Source of the DNA: an uncultured Gemmatimonadales bacterium
Lineage (GTDB): Bacteria; Gemmatimonadota; Gemmatimonadetes; Gemmatimonadales; GWC2-71-9
Length of the DNA: 64,000 nucleotides
Direction of reading: 5' to 3'
NCBI GenBank assembly: GCA_963779755.1
Contig: CAVZZO010000001.1
Coordinates: 636,044-700,043 of the forward strand
A model generated the notes under the pieces. It saw nothing but the letters and a program-made list of their open reading frames with translations, ran no database searches and was not told the DNA's origin. The stretch's first letter is position 1; each line of letters begins with the position of its first letter. Made by a program: the position numbers and the translations under genes. This document shows positions 30,829-40,796 of the stretch, in pieces.

Positions 30829-31887
30829 TCATTCGCAGAGGTGAAGCCGGGATCGGCCGGTTTGGCGGTCTGATGAGGGAGCGTCCAGGCAGTACCGCTG
30901 CAAGTCCTCGCTGCCGAACACGGGACCCGGGAAATACTTCGCCACGCCCGCCACATAGGTAGCGGGATCGGTCGGATACCAGTGGTACAGCAGGACGGCC
31001 TTCACGCCGGCGTTGGCCGCCATCTGACCCACCTCCCTGATGTCCAGGTGCTCCTTGGTCATGTGGGCCTCGAAGGTGTTCCGGCGCGCCGGCGACCAGT
31101 GATTCTTTTGCGCCATGCTATCGACAAACTCACCGATGGCCACGGAGTTCTGCACCTCTGACACGAGCACGTCGGCGCCTCCGGCGAGGCGGGTGACCGC
31201 CTCGCTCGGTCCGGTGTCGCCGGTGAACACGATCGTGCCGTGCGGCGTCTCGAACCGGTAGGCGTATGACTTCATAGTCGCGCGCGAGCTCTCGGGCATC
31301 AGGGCGTAGTGCGTATTTTCTACCGCAACGACTCTGATCCTGTCGTCCTGGTAGACGACACCCTCGCCGATCTCGTGCACCGCGAACGGGCTCGTTGCCG
31401 GCACGCCGCCTCTGGGTCCGCCGCCCTCGGCGGCGAAGACAGCGTACGGGATGCTTATGTACCGGTACGCCGCGTCGACCAGCGCCTTCGTCTGCGGCGG
31501 GCCGTAGACGTTGATGGTGTGCGCCGCGTCGGCCGCGTCCTTCCGCTGAAAGTCGTTCGCGAGGACATCCGCCAGTCCGAGCGTGTGATCCGCGTGCAGG
31601 TGCGTGAAGAAGATGGTGCCGATCGTCTCCGAGGCGATGCCGGCCTTCACCAGTCGTCGCGCGGTGCCGATACCGCAGTCGATCAGATAGCGCCGACCAT
31701 CGACTATGAGCAGCGTGGCCGGCTCGGACCGGTCCGCCCGCAGCGGCGGCCCCGCGGCGGTACCGAGGAAGAGGATTTGTGTCCCCGGCGGCTGGTCCGG
31801 CGCCAGCCGTTGTCCCGGCAAGGCGCCCGGAGCAAGAACGAACGAGAGAGCGGCGATTGCGCCCACGCATCGCGTTCCCGTGGTCAT
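30829..31887 (-). CDS. MBL-fold metallo-hydrolase, secreted
   Basis: Start trimmed to MTTGTRCVG. HLHADH motif, with downstream TGDTG and H residues. Confidence 0.85.
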   Translation of the reverse strand: MTTGTRCVGAIAALSFVLAPGALPGQRLAPDQPPGTQILFLGTAAGPPLRADRSEPATLLIVDGRRYLIDCGIGTARRLVKAGIASETIGTIFFTHLHADHTLGLADVLANDFQRKDAADAAHTINVYGPPQTKALVDAAYRYISIPYAVFAAEGGGPRGGVPATSPFAVHEIGEGVVYQDDRIRVVAVENTHYALMPESSRATMKSYAYRFETPHGTIVFTGDTGPSEAVTRLAGGADVLVSEVQNSVAIGEFVDSMAQKNHWSPARRNTFEAHMTKEHLDIREVGQMAANAGVKAVLLYHWYPTDPATYVAGVAKYFPGPVFGSEDLQRYCLDAPSSDRQTGRSRLHLCE

Positions 31888-31958
31888 GAATGCCTCCGCG
31901 AGGGGCGGTTCAAGCTGCCAGACCGAAACTGCCAATCCACGTCGTCACGGCTGCACAG

Positions 31959-32081
31959 TTACCGGTGCAGGCTGCGGTCTCGTCGGTGATGCGGATTGTT
32001 GGTGAAGCCCAGGGCCTCGTAGAAGGACCCGGACCTCGGCAGGTCTCTCACCGGCAGGTTCACGAAAATCATCCTGGTCAT
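31959..32081 (-). pseudogene. N-terminal fragment of a VOC/glyoxalase-family gene
   Basis: MTRMIFVNLPVRDLPRSGSFYEALGFTNNP is a typical VOC N-terminus. It terminates after 40 aa. Confidence 0.5.
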
Positions 32082-32258
32082 CTCAAGTCTCCCTTTGGTG
32101 CGGCAAGCTCCACGGTCACCGTGCCAAAGATAGGAATATGACGGGGCGAGTGCATTGGCGCCCATGGTGCCGGTGCAGGCGCTGGCCGCCGGCCAGGCGT
32201 CGCGCATCCGCGAGTGGTGTGCTCGCACCGCCGCTGCTTCCCGACACCGTGGTATCAG

Positions 32259-32588
32259 TCAGGCCCGTCCCCCGGCCACCAGCACCTCACGCCAGAAGCC
32301 AAACTCCGCCGGCTCGTCCAGAAAGTCGGCCGCGGTCTTGAGGAATGCCTGCTGGTAAGGCGTCTGCATGTGGGGGCCGCTGAAGACCTCCTCGCTTTCC
32401 CATTGTTCGATGATCAGGAGACGGGTGGGGTTCCGCGGATCTTCGTGGACCCGGATGCCGTGGCACGCCGGCTCACGCTCGATCACGATCCGGATCACTG
32501 CTTCCAGCTCGCGCCGCGCCACCGCCAGCTTCCCGGGCTTGATGACGCAGGTAATGACCACGGTGACCGGCCCGGCGTTGCGGTTCAT
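32259..32588 (-). CDS. Antibiotic biosynthesis monooxygenase (ABM) family protein
   Basis: 109 aa with a ferredoxin-like pattern: VITCVIKPGK...C.GIRVHEDPRNP.RLLIIEQWESEE.F..H. Confidence 0.8.
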   Translation of the reverse strand: MNRNAGPVTVVITCVIKPGKLAVARRELEAVIRIVIEREPACHGIRVHEDPRNPTRLLIIEQWESEEVFSGPHMQTPYQQAFLKTAADFLDEPAEFGFWREVLVAGGRA

Positions 32589-32652
32589 CGCCCCTCCCGT
32601 TGGTGTCCGTTGCTGCGACCGGCTGGCTCCCGTCCCCCCGCGCGGGCGTCCC

Positions 32653-33114
32653 TCACTCCACCCGGGTATACGTCAGCTCCAGATCCTGCTCCCACGTGAC
32701 ATCGTCCTTCGACAACTCGCTCACCCCCCGGAGGGTATCGCCCTCCGGAGCCATGGCCAGAGTAACGCGCTGCGAAAACCCGGGCGCCGTGCGCCACCAC
32801 CGCATGACGCCGCCGTCCATCACAACCTCATACCGCCGCGAGAGTCCCCGCGCGTCGAAGTACAGCATGGTGAACCGCTCGCTCGCATCATCACTGCCAA
32901 CAAGGGCGATCCCGGGCGGGATACGCGGTTCCTCCATCTCCGAACGAATTCGCAGGAAGGCGCCCCCATCATGCCAGTCGAAGACCGTCCGGCCGCGCAG
33001 CTCGACCCCCGGCAGCATCGAGTGGCGCCCCGCCGTCGACCATTCGCCGATCAATGGCGCGAACACGGCGAGGCGAGGATTGGGGATCATGGCGGCACTG
33101 GCAAACTGCGACAC
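32653..33114 (-). CDS. Hypothetical protein (beta-barrel/lipocalin-like guess)
   Basis: Clean 153-aa ORF with non-repetitive composition (GEWSTAGRH...FDWHDGGAFL...MLYFDARGLSRRYEV). No motif I can name. Confidence 0.55.
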   Translation of the reverse strand: MSQFASAAMIPNPRLAVFAPLIGEWSTAGRHSMLPGVELRGRTVFDWHDGGAFLRIRSEMEEPRIPPGIALVGSDDASERFTMLYFDARGLSRRYEVVMDGGVMRWWRTAPGFSQRVTLAMAPEGDTLRGVSELSKDDVTWEQDLELTYTRVE

Positions 33115-33540
33115 GAGTCCTCCGGAGGTGCGAGAGGCGGCGGGCCGGGGCCGGACAGGACGGCCTGTCAGCCCGCGCCGGCGGCCCTACGGCGTGAGAT
33201 CAAGCGCGGAAAACGGGTGGTCGGGCGGCAGCGGCGACCAAGGGCGGCGTCGAACTCCAGGAACTGTCAGCCTGAGGCCGCGAGAGCGGCCGAAGGGACC
33301 GAGGCCGAAGGACGGTTTCGGCCGCTTCGCTGCGCTCAGCGTGACAGCCTTCCAGGTTCCAGTTAGCACAAACGCCCCTGCTCGTCCATCCGTTGCTCCG
33401 CGATGGTACCCGGGGAATCCGGCGGCGTCGCAACCGGAACCCCTGAAACGCAGGCTCGCCGAGACCGTCCAGGTCATCCCACCCGGCCTCAAGCACCGTC
33501 GGCCGCGAAGCGGGCCGTCCGCCCAGTCGTGCCGCGGGTT

Positions 33541-34039
33541 CTAGCCCGGAATCTCGCGGTTCGAGTAGTACGCGCGCCAGCCGGGAAAGTCGTGTGCGAT
33601 CCAGTGCTGGAGCGCCGCGTAGACTTTCCCGTAGTAGCCGCGTTCGCAGGCGGCCGGTGTGACCCACCAGCTGGCGTCCACATCGAGTCGAGAGTTCGGC
33701 GGTCAAGGGTGTGCGCCGGCCGAGGGGGTAGAGGTAGGCGCAGCCGAGGTATTCGCCGGCGGTCGTGTAGAGGGCGTAGCTGAACGAGTATTCCTCGCGG
33801 AACTCGCACTCGTGCCACATGAGGTCGACGAGGTCGTAGTCCTCGGTGACGGGCCCGGCGGGCCAGGGGCCGCCGCGCGTCTGCCGGATCAGGTCGAGGC
33901 TGGCATTGATCCCGCGCACGTCGTCTCTCAGGTGGGCGCGGGAAAGCGCCGTCGCCACCAGGTCCTCGTAGGTCAGCGTCCTCGGCGCCGCGCACCCGCG
34001 CGGCAAAACGAGCTTCTTGGTCAACGGTGTGTAATCCAT
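33541..34039 (-). pseudogene. GNAT-like acetyltransferase gene with a frameshift near 33690
   Basis: The N-terminal part is MDYTPLTKKL...AYLYPLGRRTPLTAELS in one frame. The convincing C-terminal part (LDVDASWWVTPAACERGYYGKVYAALQHWIAHDFPGWRAYYSNREIPG*) is in another frame. Confidence 0.6.
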
Positions 34040-34059
34040 GGCGGATGGTGCCTCTCCGG

Positions 34060-34704
34060 TCAGGGTCGCTCGAATTTGAGGTGTGTCACGCCCGGAGCCG
34101 GCACCGTCTGCACCAGCTCGAGCCCGTGCAGATCCGTGCCCACGTCGTCGAACAGCCGCTCGCCGCCGCCCAGCAGGATCGGCACGAGGTGCAGTTGCAT
34201 CTCGTCCACGAGCCCGGCCCTGAGATACTGCTGCGCCGCCTTCGCGCCTCCAGCGAGTGCGATGTCCATGTCTCCCGCCGCACGGCGTGCCTGCTCAAGC
34301 GCCGACTCGATGCCGTCCGTCACGAACCTGAACCTCGTTCCGCCTTCCATCGTAAGCGGCGCGCGCGGGTGATGCGTGAGCACGAACACGTGGTGGTGGA
34401 ACGGCGGGTTCTTCCCCCACCATCCCTGCCACGGCGATGTCGTGCTCCACGGCCCGGGATGCCCGCCGAACATGTTGCGCCCCATGATCGTCGCGCCGAT
34501 GTTCGCCAACTCTTCCTCGAAAACGGCCGAGTTTTCGTTCGCCACACCGCCCTGCTTTCCGTGTGCCGACAGCCAGGCGCTTAACTCGACCACCCAATCG
34601 TGCAGGCGCTCACCGCCCACCCCGAGCGGTTCCGCGAGGCTCTGGTTCGGACCGGCCACGAAGCCGTCCAGTGACAGCGAGATTCTGAAGCGCAGTCTGG
34701 ACAT
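34060..34704 (-). CDS. RibD C-terminal domain / dihydrofolate-reductase-like family protein
   Basis: Start trimmed to MSRLRFRISLSLDGFVAGP. MGRNMF, a GG..AAQQYL motif, and the fold-typical LHLVPILLGGGERLF are present. Confidence 0.85.
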   Translation of the reverse strand: MSRLRFRISLSLDGFVAGPNQSLAEPLGVGGERLHDWVVELSAWLSAHGKQGGVANENSAVFEEELANIGATIMGRNMFGGHPGPWSTTSPWQGWWGKNPPFHHHVFVLTHHPRAPLTMEGGTRFRFVTDGIESALEQARRAAGDMDIALAGGAKAAQQYLRAGLVDEMQLHLVPILLGGGERLFDDVGTDLHGLELVQTVPAPGVTHLKFERP

Positions 34705-34720
34705 GGGTACGCTCCTCGGA

Positions 34721-35644
34721 CTAGCGATCCTGCGGTGAGGTGCTCGGCGGGCCGTCTTCACCATTCAGGAACGGGAGCACGACCACCGGCACCAGCGGTG
34801 ACAGCGCCATCTCGTAGTGGGTGAGGTTGGGCAGGATCGCGAGCCGGTTCGGCGACATGTGCTCGCGCTGCCACCCTGCATCCCTCAGCCCGCCGCCCAG
34901 CAGCTGAAAGAAGCTCACGGCGTGCTCGGGGCGAATCATGTCGGCATCGCCGTACACCAGCATGACCGGGCCCTTGAGCCGCTTCACTTCTTCCGACCAG
35001 TCGTACGACCGGCGCATCCATTCGCCCATGCGATCGAGCAGTCTCGGGAAATCCTGAGGCCGGGGGGCGAGTGCCGCGTAGGATTGGTAGATCGGGGTCC
35101 CTTTCATCTGGTCGGCCATGGCGGCGCCCACCGCCGCCTGCTGGGGCAGCATCTCGGGATGGAACCCGCTCGTCGCGTAGGGCGTCGACACGAGCACCAG
35201 GCGCCGCACCATCTCCGGATGCTGGATCGCGAGCCGCAGGGCGATGCCACCGCCCATCGAGTAGCCGAGTACGTCAACCGTGTCGTACCCCGCCTGCCGC
35301 AGCACGCTGGCGATGTCGTCCGCCATGTCGCTGTAGTCAATCGGACGATCTCCCAGGGTCGTCCGGCCGTGGCCCTGGAGATCGACGGCGATGACCTGCC
35401 GTGCCCGGGCGAACTCCGGCAGGCCGGGCTCGAACAACCGGGTGGATCCCAGGCCACCATGGAGCAGGAGCAGCGGCGCCCCGCGGCCATGGATCTCATA
35501 GTAGTAGTTGACGCCGTTCGCCGGCGCGTACCCCGTGCGCACCGGCCTGGGGGCGGCGGCGGGGGCGGGTGCCGGTTGCTGGGCATTCGCGGTAGCCATG
35601 ATGAACGCTCCTGCGATCGCGAGTAGGGGGATTTTGGCCGGCAT
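34721..35644 (-). CDS. Secreted alpha/beta hydrolase
   Basis: Start trimmed to MPAKIPLLAIAGAFIMATANA. HGGLGS oxyanion region, GYSMGG nucleophile elbow, C-terminal THYE. Confidence 0.85.
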   Translation of the reverse strand: MPAKIPLLAIAGAFIMATANAQQPAPAPAAAPRPVRTGYAPANGVNYYYEIHGRGAPLLLLHGGLGSTRLFEPGLPEFARARQVIAVDLQGHGRTTLGDRPIDYSDMADDIASVLRQAGYDTVDVLGYSMGGGIALRLAIQHPEMVRRLVLVSTPYATSGFHPEMLPQQAAVGAAMADQMKGTPIYQSYAALAPRPQDFPRLLDRMGEWMRRSYDWSEEVKRLKGPVMLVYGDADMIRPEHAVSFFQLLGGGLRDAGWQREHMSPNRLAILPNLTHYEMALSPLVPVVVLPFLNGEDGPPSTSPQDR

Positions 35645-35915
35645 GCTCGGTGTCCGGTGGATGGTCCTGGAGTGGCTTGGCTTCCATGATACCGTCGATC
35701 CGGCGGTGCGAAAATCGACATGATCGGTACGGTAGAAGCGAACCACCCTGTCCTCTCCCGGCCCGAAGTCATTCTGCAGGGCCGGAGCTGATTTCGCCGG
35801 TCCACCTCCGCCTCACCCGGGAATCTGGAAAGTACCGTCGGGCAGGGAAGGTGGCTGGGCTGCTTCACTCCAGTGACAAGCCCCGGCCGAGACCCGGCTT
35901 CAGCCGAGGGCAAGA

Positions 35916-36353
35916 TTATCTGAGCTCCTGGGCGAGCCCGATCAGGATCCCTTCGGGACCCCGGATGTAGCACAGCCGGTAGATATCCTGGTACTGGACC
36001 ACCTGGCCGACCAGCTCCGCACCCCGCCGGCGGAGCCTGACGAGCGTCTCGTCGAGGTCGTCCACAGTGAACATGACGCGCAGGTAGCCGAGCGCGTTCA
36101 CCGGGGCGTTCCGGTGATCGGCGACGACGGGCGGGGTGAGGAATCGCGAAAGCTCGAGCCGACTGTGGCCGTCTGGGGTGACCAGCATGGCGATCTCGAC
36201 GCGCTGGGACCCCAGTCCGGTGACGCGCCCGGCCCACTCTCCTTCGATCGTGGCGCGCCCCTCGAGTGTCAGGCCGAGCTCGAGGAAGAATGGGATCGCG
36301 GCATCGAGGGATTCTACCACGATGCCTACGTTGTCCATCCGCTTGAGAGTCAT
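35916..36353 (-). CDS. VOC (glyoxalase/bleomycin-resistance) family protein
   Basis: MTLKRMDNVGIVVESLDAAIPFFLELGL..., 145 aa with two beta-alpha-beta-beta-beta modules. Confidence 0.85.
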   Translation of the reverse strand: MTLKRMDNVGIVVESLDAAIPFFLELGLTLEGRATIEGEWAGRVTGLGSQRVEIAMLVTPDGHSRLELSRFLTPPVVADHRNAPVNALGYLRVMFTVDDLDETLVRLRRRGAELVGQVVQYQDIYRLCYIRGPEGILIGLAQELR

Positions 36354-36495
36354 GTCATCCCCGCTTTATGACCGAAACGCCCGGCATGGCGTTTGTCATG
36401 GCGTCCAGAGTGTTCAGGGTCGGTTGCGCGGCGCGAGATGACGTATGACTCCAGGCGCAACCTGGCGCCGCGACAACTGCACCCGAATCTTTGCA

Positions 36496-37140
36496 TCACC
36501 GGCCAGGATTCCAGGTGCCACGATTGAGACCGGCTGTTCTACCGTCACTCAGTGTGCCCTGAGGTGCGGCCTGCAGCGAGCCGACGTGCCGGTAGGTGTT
36601 AAAGAGCACGCCCGTCGGCGTGGCCTTGGTACTGACGAGAGTGAGCGCGCGCGCGTCGACCCGGTCCGAGAAGAAGCATTTGCCCCGGCCCAGCAGGACC
36701 GGATAGACCAGCAGTACCACGTCGTCAACCAGTCCCTGTTCGAGCAGCGTCGATGTCAGGGTGGAGCTGCCCCAGAGAACGAGGTCCGGGCCGTCCTTCG
36801 ACTTGATGCGGCGCACGCCGGCGACGAGGTCCGGTCCAACGCCCTCGAAGGGGCCCCATTCAAGACTCTCCGGACGGTGGGTAGCGACATATTTCGTTGC
36901 CGCATTGAGGCCGTCCGCGAGCGGACTGCTTGGCGCCTTTGGCCAGAAGCGCGACCAGATATCGTAGGTGCGACGGCCAAGCAGCAGATCGAAGCTCGTT
37001 CCATGCGCGGCGACGATTGCGTCCCGGCCAGCCGGGGTCCGATAGGGCGCTTTCCAGTCGCCGTAGGGGAAGCCGTCCTCGCCGGAGGCCTGAATCACGC
37101 CGTCCAGCGAGATGTGTTCGATGATTCTGAGCCTTCTCAT
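36496..37140 (-). CDS. RibD C-terminal domain / dihydrofolate-reductase-like family protein
   Basis: MRRLRIIEHISLDGVIQ...LLLGRRTYD...LVLWGSSTL...LLVYPVLLGRG. Confidence 0.85.
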   Translation of the reverse strand: MRRLRIIEHISLDGVIQASGEDGFPYGDWKAPYRTPAGRDAIVAAHGTSFDLLLGRRTYDIWSRFWPKAPSSPLADGLNAATKYVATHRPESLEWGPFEGVGPDLVAGVRRIKSKDGPDLVLWGSSTLTSTLLEQGLVDDVVLLVYPVLLGRGKCFFSDRVDARALTLVSTKATPTGVLFNTYRHVGSLQAAPQGTLSDGRTAGLNRGTWNPGR

Positions 37141-37463
37141 GTGAGTCTCCGTCCGTGAGTTGAGGAACCTCCAACCCGACGACGAACGGAGCCTGCGGAA
37201 ATCGACACGCCGATTGGACCGGCCAGGACGGCTGAGGCTGCGTTACAGGGTGCGCCGACCGTCATGTACTCGACGTGGATGGTGGTGTCAGGTGCTGCCT
37301 GACGGCCTGCCCTCAGCGGCAGCAGCCTGATCGGTTCAACCAGCGAAGGCTGCCGCCCCGGCAGCTGGAAGCGCAGGTAGGGGGGGCTGAGCGCCCGCTG
37401 GGTTGCAGGGCCGACGAAGCCCAGGGTGGCGAGATCATACCCGGAAGCAACGGCGTGGCCGAA

Positions 37464-37601
37464 CCTACGTGAACGGGGAACGTGCGGGCATAGGCAGACT
37501 TTTCGTCGGGGGTCATGGCGCGGCTCCGGGTGGAGGGAATCACAGGAGTCGCGGAAGGAGCTACGGGCCGCGCAGCGGCGTCAAGCGGGTATAGATGTCT
37601 A
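37464..37601 (-). mobile_element. Truncated 5' end of the IS110/IS1111-like element, abutting an attC core GTTAGGC (37602..37608)
   Basis: 138 nt are identical to 50608..50745, including the start of the transposase (MTPDEKSAYARTFPVHVG). It ends at the same ...GATGTCTA|GTTAGG junction as the full copy. Confidence 0.75.
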
Positions 37602-37622
37602 GTTAGGCGGCAATGGTCAGCT

Positions 37623-38003
37623 TCAGGTCATCAAGGCCCGGATGTGCTGGCCGACCACAAGGAGTTGGTCCGAGTCCATTGACCCTAGGACGCGGCGGGC
37701 TACAGGCCCCATGAGGCGACGAATGCCGCCGAGACCCATCTTCGTAGTCTGTGAGGCGACGAGTCCGGCCTTCGCCTCCTGGACGGGCTTGAGGAAGTAG
37801 TAGTCCAGGCCAGTCTCGGTGAGATCGAGGACGATTTCTGCCAGTTGATCGCAATGGTTTGTCGCATCCTCGGCGGCCTCCAACGCGTCCAGCACTTTCA
37901 GCGTCTTGGTCCGGAGCGCTCTCGAGTAGTAGAAGCGGAGTGAGGGGAGACCTGGGGGCACGGCCTCCTCATGGGGTCCTGTCCGGTCGGCGGCGCGTTT
38001 CAT
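37623..38003 (-). CDS. Hypothetical protein (helical), cassette-like
   Basis: 126-aa ORF. Its stop lies 15 nt before the inverse-core GCCTAAC (minus-strand reading of 37602..37608). Confidence 0.5.
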   Translation of the reverse strand: MKRAADRTGPHEEAVPPGLPSLRFYYSRALRTKTLKVLDALEAAEDATNHCDQLAEIVLDLTETGLDYYFLKPVQEAKAGLVASQTTKMGLGGIRRLMGPVARRVLGSMDSDQLLVVGQHIRALMT

Positions 38004-38353
38004 GTAATCCCCACGAGGCTAGGGTAGGTGGCGGATCCGAGGCTCGCCTCAGCACTGGGTTCGACTCAGCACCGTCCCAGCCTGGAGGCTCGCTGGGCAC
38101 CCTCAGGTCGCAGAAGAGCCTTGCGCGGAAGGATATCGGGAGGGACATGAGCGAAGGATGAAGGCGCAAGGAAAAACGCTACGAGCTCGCCAGGTGCGTG
38201 TGGGAACATGGCCACCTATCGCTGCGGCAGCTCTGCTGCGGCGTTTTTCGGCAGCGCGGCGCGGTGCTGGCACGGCTGCACAGTGCGCCCCGTGGAGGAC
38301 TGGGCGACTGGATCGGTGTGCGCAGCCGAGCCAATTGCCGGCAATCCCACCGG

Positions 38354-38905
38354 TCAAAACACCACTGCCAAGGCCATGCCAATTCTGGCCCCCGCCAGTG
38401 GCCTCAGGCTGACCCGTAGGCGCTCGAGCGGGATCTCCTGCCAGCCCTCGGTCCGGATCAGCCCGCCGACAATGGCGCCCAGCCCGGCCCCAGCTACCCC
38501 TCCAAGAGCCGTCAGACCGATGCACTCGGCCGAGGCCATTGCGTCCTGATTCGCCGACTGATCGCAGGGGCTGGTGGAACCGCCTGTGTATAGCACGGCG
38601 GCCGCAACGCCTCCCCCGACCAGTAGGCCGATGCCAGCACCGAAAAGAGCGTGCGACTTGCGGCCCTGGCTAAGGTCAACCTGGTTCACAGACGCGAGCG
38701 AGACGCGCCAAGTATCCTTGCTGTCCTGGACCACAAGCGAGTCAGCCGTAAGTGCCACGAAAGTGCCGACGAAAGGGCTACCTGGCACGCTTGGTGCGAC
38801 AACCCGCACCCGGTCTCCGGCCTTCACGGCAGGTGCCTCCTGCGCTGCGACCGTAACGAGTGGGGCGACAACGAGGCCGATGACCATACGTGTGCGGAGG
38901 CGCAT
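38354..38905 (-). CDS. Secreted hypothetical protein with glycine-zipper hydrophobic region
   Basis: It has a signal peptide (MRLRTRMVIGLVVAPLVTVAAQ), a small beta domain, Gly-rich segments (GAGIGLLVGGGVAAAV and GGVAGAGLGAIVGG), and ends in F. Confidence 0.6.
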   Translation of the reverse strand: MRLRTRMVIGLVVAPLVTVAAQEAPAVKAGDRVRVVAPSVPGSPFVGTFVALTADSLVVQDSKDTWRVSLASVNQVDLSQGRKSHALFGAGIGLLVGGGVAAAVLYTGGSTSPCDQSANQDAMASAECIGLTALGGVAGAGLGAIVGGLIRTEGWQEIPLERLRVSLRPLAGARIGMALAVVF

Positions 38906-38942
38906 GGAGGGCCTCTTTCCCTGGGTGGATGCTCCTACCGCA

Positions 38943-39006
38943 GCCTAACGCTCGGGTTCAGTGGCGGGCCGCGCAGCGGACCGTTCGCTGCCACCCGTTG
39001 TTAGCC
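38943..39006 (-). other. Short attC site (64 bp)
   Basis: GCCTAAC...GTTAGCC with an imperfect internal palindrome. The stop codon of the upstream (minus-strand) gene lies inside GGCTAAC. The next ORF starts 37 nt after the core. Confidence 0.5.
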
Positions 39007-39561
39007 GCGCGTGCGCCGGTAGTGCATAGCGACTGCGCCGCTGCGGAGCGGATTGGCCGAGACCAGTTCGAGAAGTCGCGTGCTGGGCAGCCCGCTCTGG
39101 TACAGTGTCGGGCCATGGCCGGCGATCCTGGGGTGGACGAGGAACTGGTACTCGTCGATCAGATCCAGCCGGTCCAGCTCGGTCGCGAGCTTGCCGCTAC
39201 CGAGGAGCACGCCGGCAGGGGTCGCATCCTTGAGATTCTGCAGGCTCGTGCGTAAGTCACCGGCGATGTGGTGGCTGTTGGTCCACGGGAAGTCGGTTCG
39301 CGTCGACGACACCACGTACTTCGGCTTGGCCTCCAGCTTGACCGCCCACTCGCGCATCGCTGGCGGTGCCTCTTCGTCGCCGCGAGCGACCGCCGGCCAG
39401 TAGCCCTCCATCATCTCGTACGTGACGCGGCCCCACAGCATCGCCCCGCTCTCATCCATGAGGCTGGTGAAGAAAGCGTGTGTCTCGTGGTCGGCGATTC
39501 CCTCCTGGTGGTCGACGCAGCCGTCCAGGGTTACGTTGAGGCTGAAGGTTAGAAGTCCCAT
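39001..39561 (-). CDS. RibD C-terminal domain / dihydrofolate-reductase-like family protein
   Basis: MGLLTFSLNVTLDGCVD...MLWGRVTYE...VLLGSGKLA...FLVHPRIAGHG. Confidence 0.85.
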   Translation of the reverse strand: MGLLTFSLNVTLDGCVDHQEGIADHETHAFFTSLMDESGAMLWGRVTYEMMEGYWPAVARGDEEAPPAMREWAVKLEAKPKYVVSSTRTDFPWTNSHHIAGDLRTSLQNLKDATPAGVLLGSGKLATELDRLDLIDEYQFLVHPRIAGHGPTLYQSGLPSTRLLELVSANPLRSGAVAMHYRRTRG

Positions 39562-39685
39562 GCGATCTTACTCCGAGTTTGCCATCCCGCTGGATTGTCG
39601 CTTGTCGACGAGTACCTCGCTGCGGCTGACGCTCGACATCACCGGGCCGCCGGACTGAGCCTGCGGCTTTTTAGTAGGACTAAAA

Positions 39686-40719
39686 CTAGAGAATCCCGCT
39701 CTCCTTGAGCCAGTTCTCTACAAGCGAAGGCCACATCGCCACCGGATGTTCTGTGCGCCTCAGTCCGAAGGCGTGCCCGCCCTTGGTAAAGAGATGGACC
39801 TCTGCCGGGACGCCCGCATCATCAAGGGCGCGCGCGTAAACCGTGCTGTTGCAGATTTCGTCCACGGGGTCATCCCACGCCTGCAACAGGAACGTCGGCG
39901 GCGTCTGCGTTGTGACGTGTATGCCGGGGTCGAGGGTGGCACCATCGCGGCACAGGTGACCCGGGTAAAGCGCGACGGCGAAGTCAGGGCGGCTACTTAG
40001 TTTGTCTGCCGCATCCACCGGCTTGTATGTGGGCTCGAATATGTTGCTGGTCTGCGCGACCAGATAGCCGCCTGCCGAGAAGCCGATCACCCCAATCTTG
40101 TTGGGATCAAGGTTCAACTCCTTCGCCCTGGCGCGAACGAGCCTGATCGTTCTTTGCGCGTCCTGAAGTGCGCGGGGACCTTGGGTGTGATGTGGCAATG
40201 GCAATCCTTGTCCCAGTAGTGATTGCTTTTGGGAACGCGATACTTGAGCAAGACGCACGTGATGCCTTTGGCGGTCATCCAGTCACATATTTCAGTCCCT
40301 TCAAGGTCCATAGCCAAAAGCCGGAATCCGCCGCCGGGGAAAACCACCATTGACGCGCCGGTATTCCTGCCCACGGGTGGAAAGACCGTCATGGTCGGAG
40401 AAGTTACGTCATAGGCTGCGGTCCAAGGGCGCCCCGCGACGACATCCGGGGCTTTCGTGACTTCAACTCTCTCGGCCGGTTGAGAGACGCCTTCCATATC
40501 CGGCGCACCCTTCGGCCAGATCGGGATTTGTTCCAATCCTGAAGGCGGCTGCCAGACGCCGGCCTTCCCGACATCCGTTTGTTGCCGGTCTGATGTCGTC
40601 GGCCTAGTCGCTTGCGCCGGCTCGGCCCAAGGTTTGTGCATCACGGCGACGCCACCCGCCAAGCCCGACAACCCCAAGGCGCATAATAGGCATGAGCAAA
40701 GGTCGGCACACTATCGACT
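39686..40719 (-). pseudogene. Esterase (BD-FAE-like alpha/beta hydrolase) with at least 2 frameshifts
   Basis: AAGGAGG plus GTG at 40719 opens a signal-peptide frame. The body is split between the track ORFs 40114..40677 (..VVFPGGGFRLLAMDLEG..VLLKYRVP) and 39686..40258 (..GVIGFSAGGYLV..GGHAFG). The shifts are near 40680 and 40180. Confidence 0.65.
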
Positions 40720-40796
40720 CCTCCTTGACTCAACGGGCGTTGGCGGCGATTCCCGATGGTTCGCAAAAGAACGATCGCAAGGAAGGCTATTCCGCA

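Noticed and set aside
36400-36480. Inverted repeat GTTGCGCGGCGC...GCGCCGCGACAAC between the VOC and RibD_C genes as a possible attC
   Set aside because: Its polarity is GTT...AAC, the opposite of the AAC...GTT bracket of attC sites, and this holds when read on either strand. It is more likely a terminator-like hairpin.
37270-37463. Sequence left of the truncated IS110 copy that translates (with a frame hop) to ..YDLATLGFVGPATQRALSPPYLRFQLPGRQPSLVEPIRLLPL..
   Set aside because: It looks vaguely protein-like, but it needs a frameshift, has no start or stop context, and I recognise no family. It is possibly another gene fragment.
39640-39690. AT-rich hairpin TTTTAGT-CCT-ACTAAAA after the esterase stop codon as an attC or terminator
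   Set aside because: It is only a 7-bp A/T stem, with no RYYYAAC/GTTRRRY bracket and no following T-tract. This is too weak to call.
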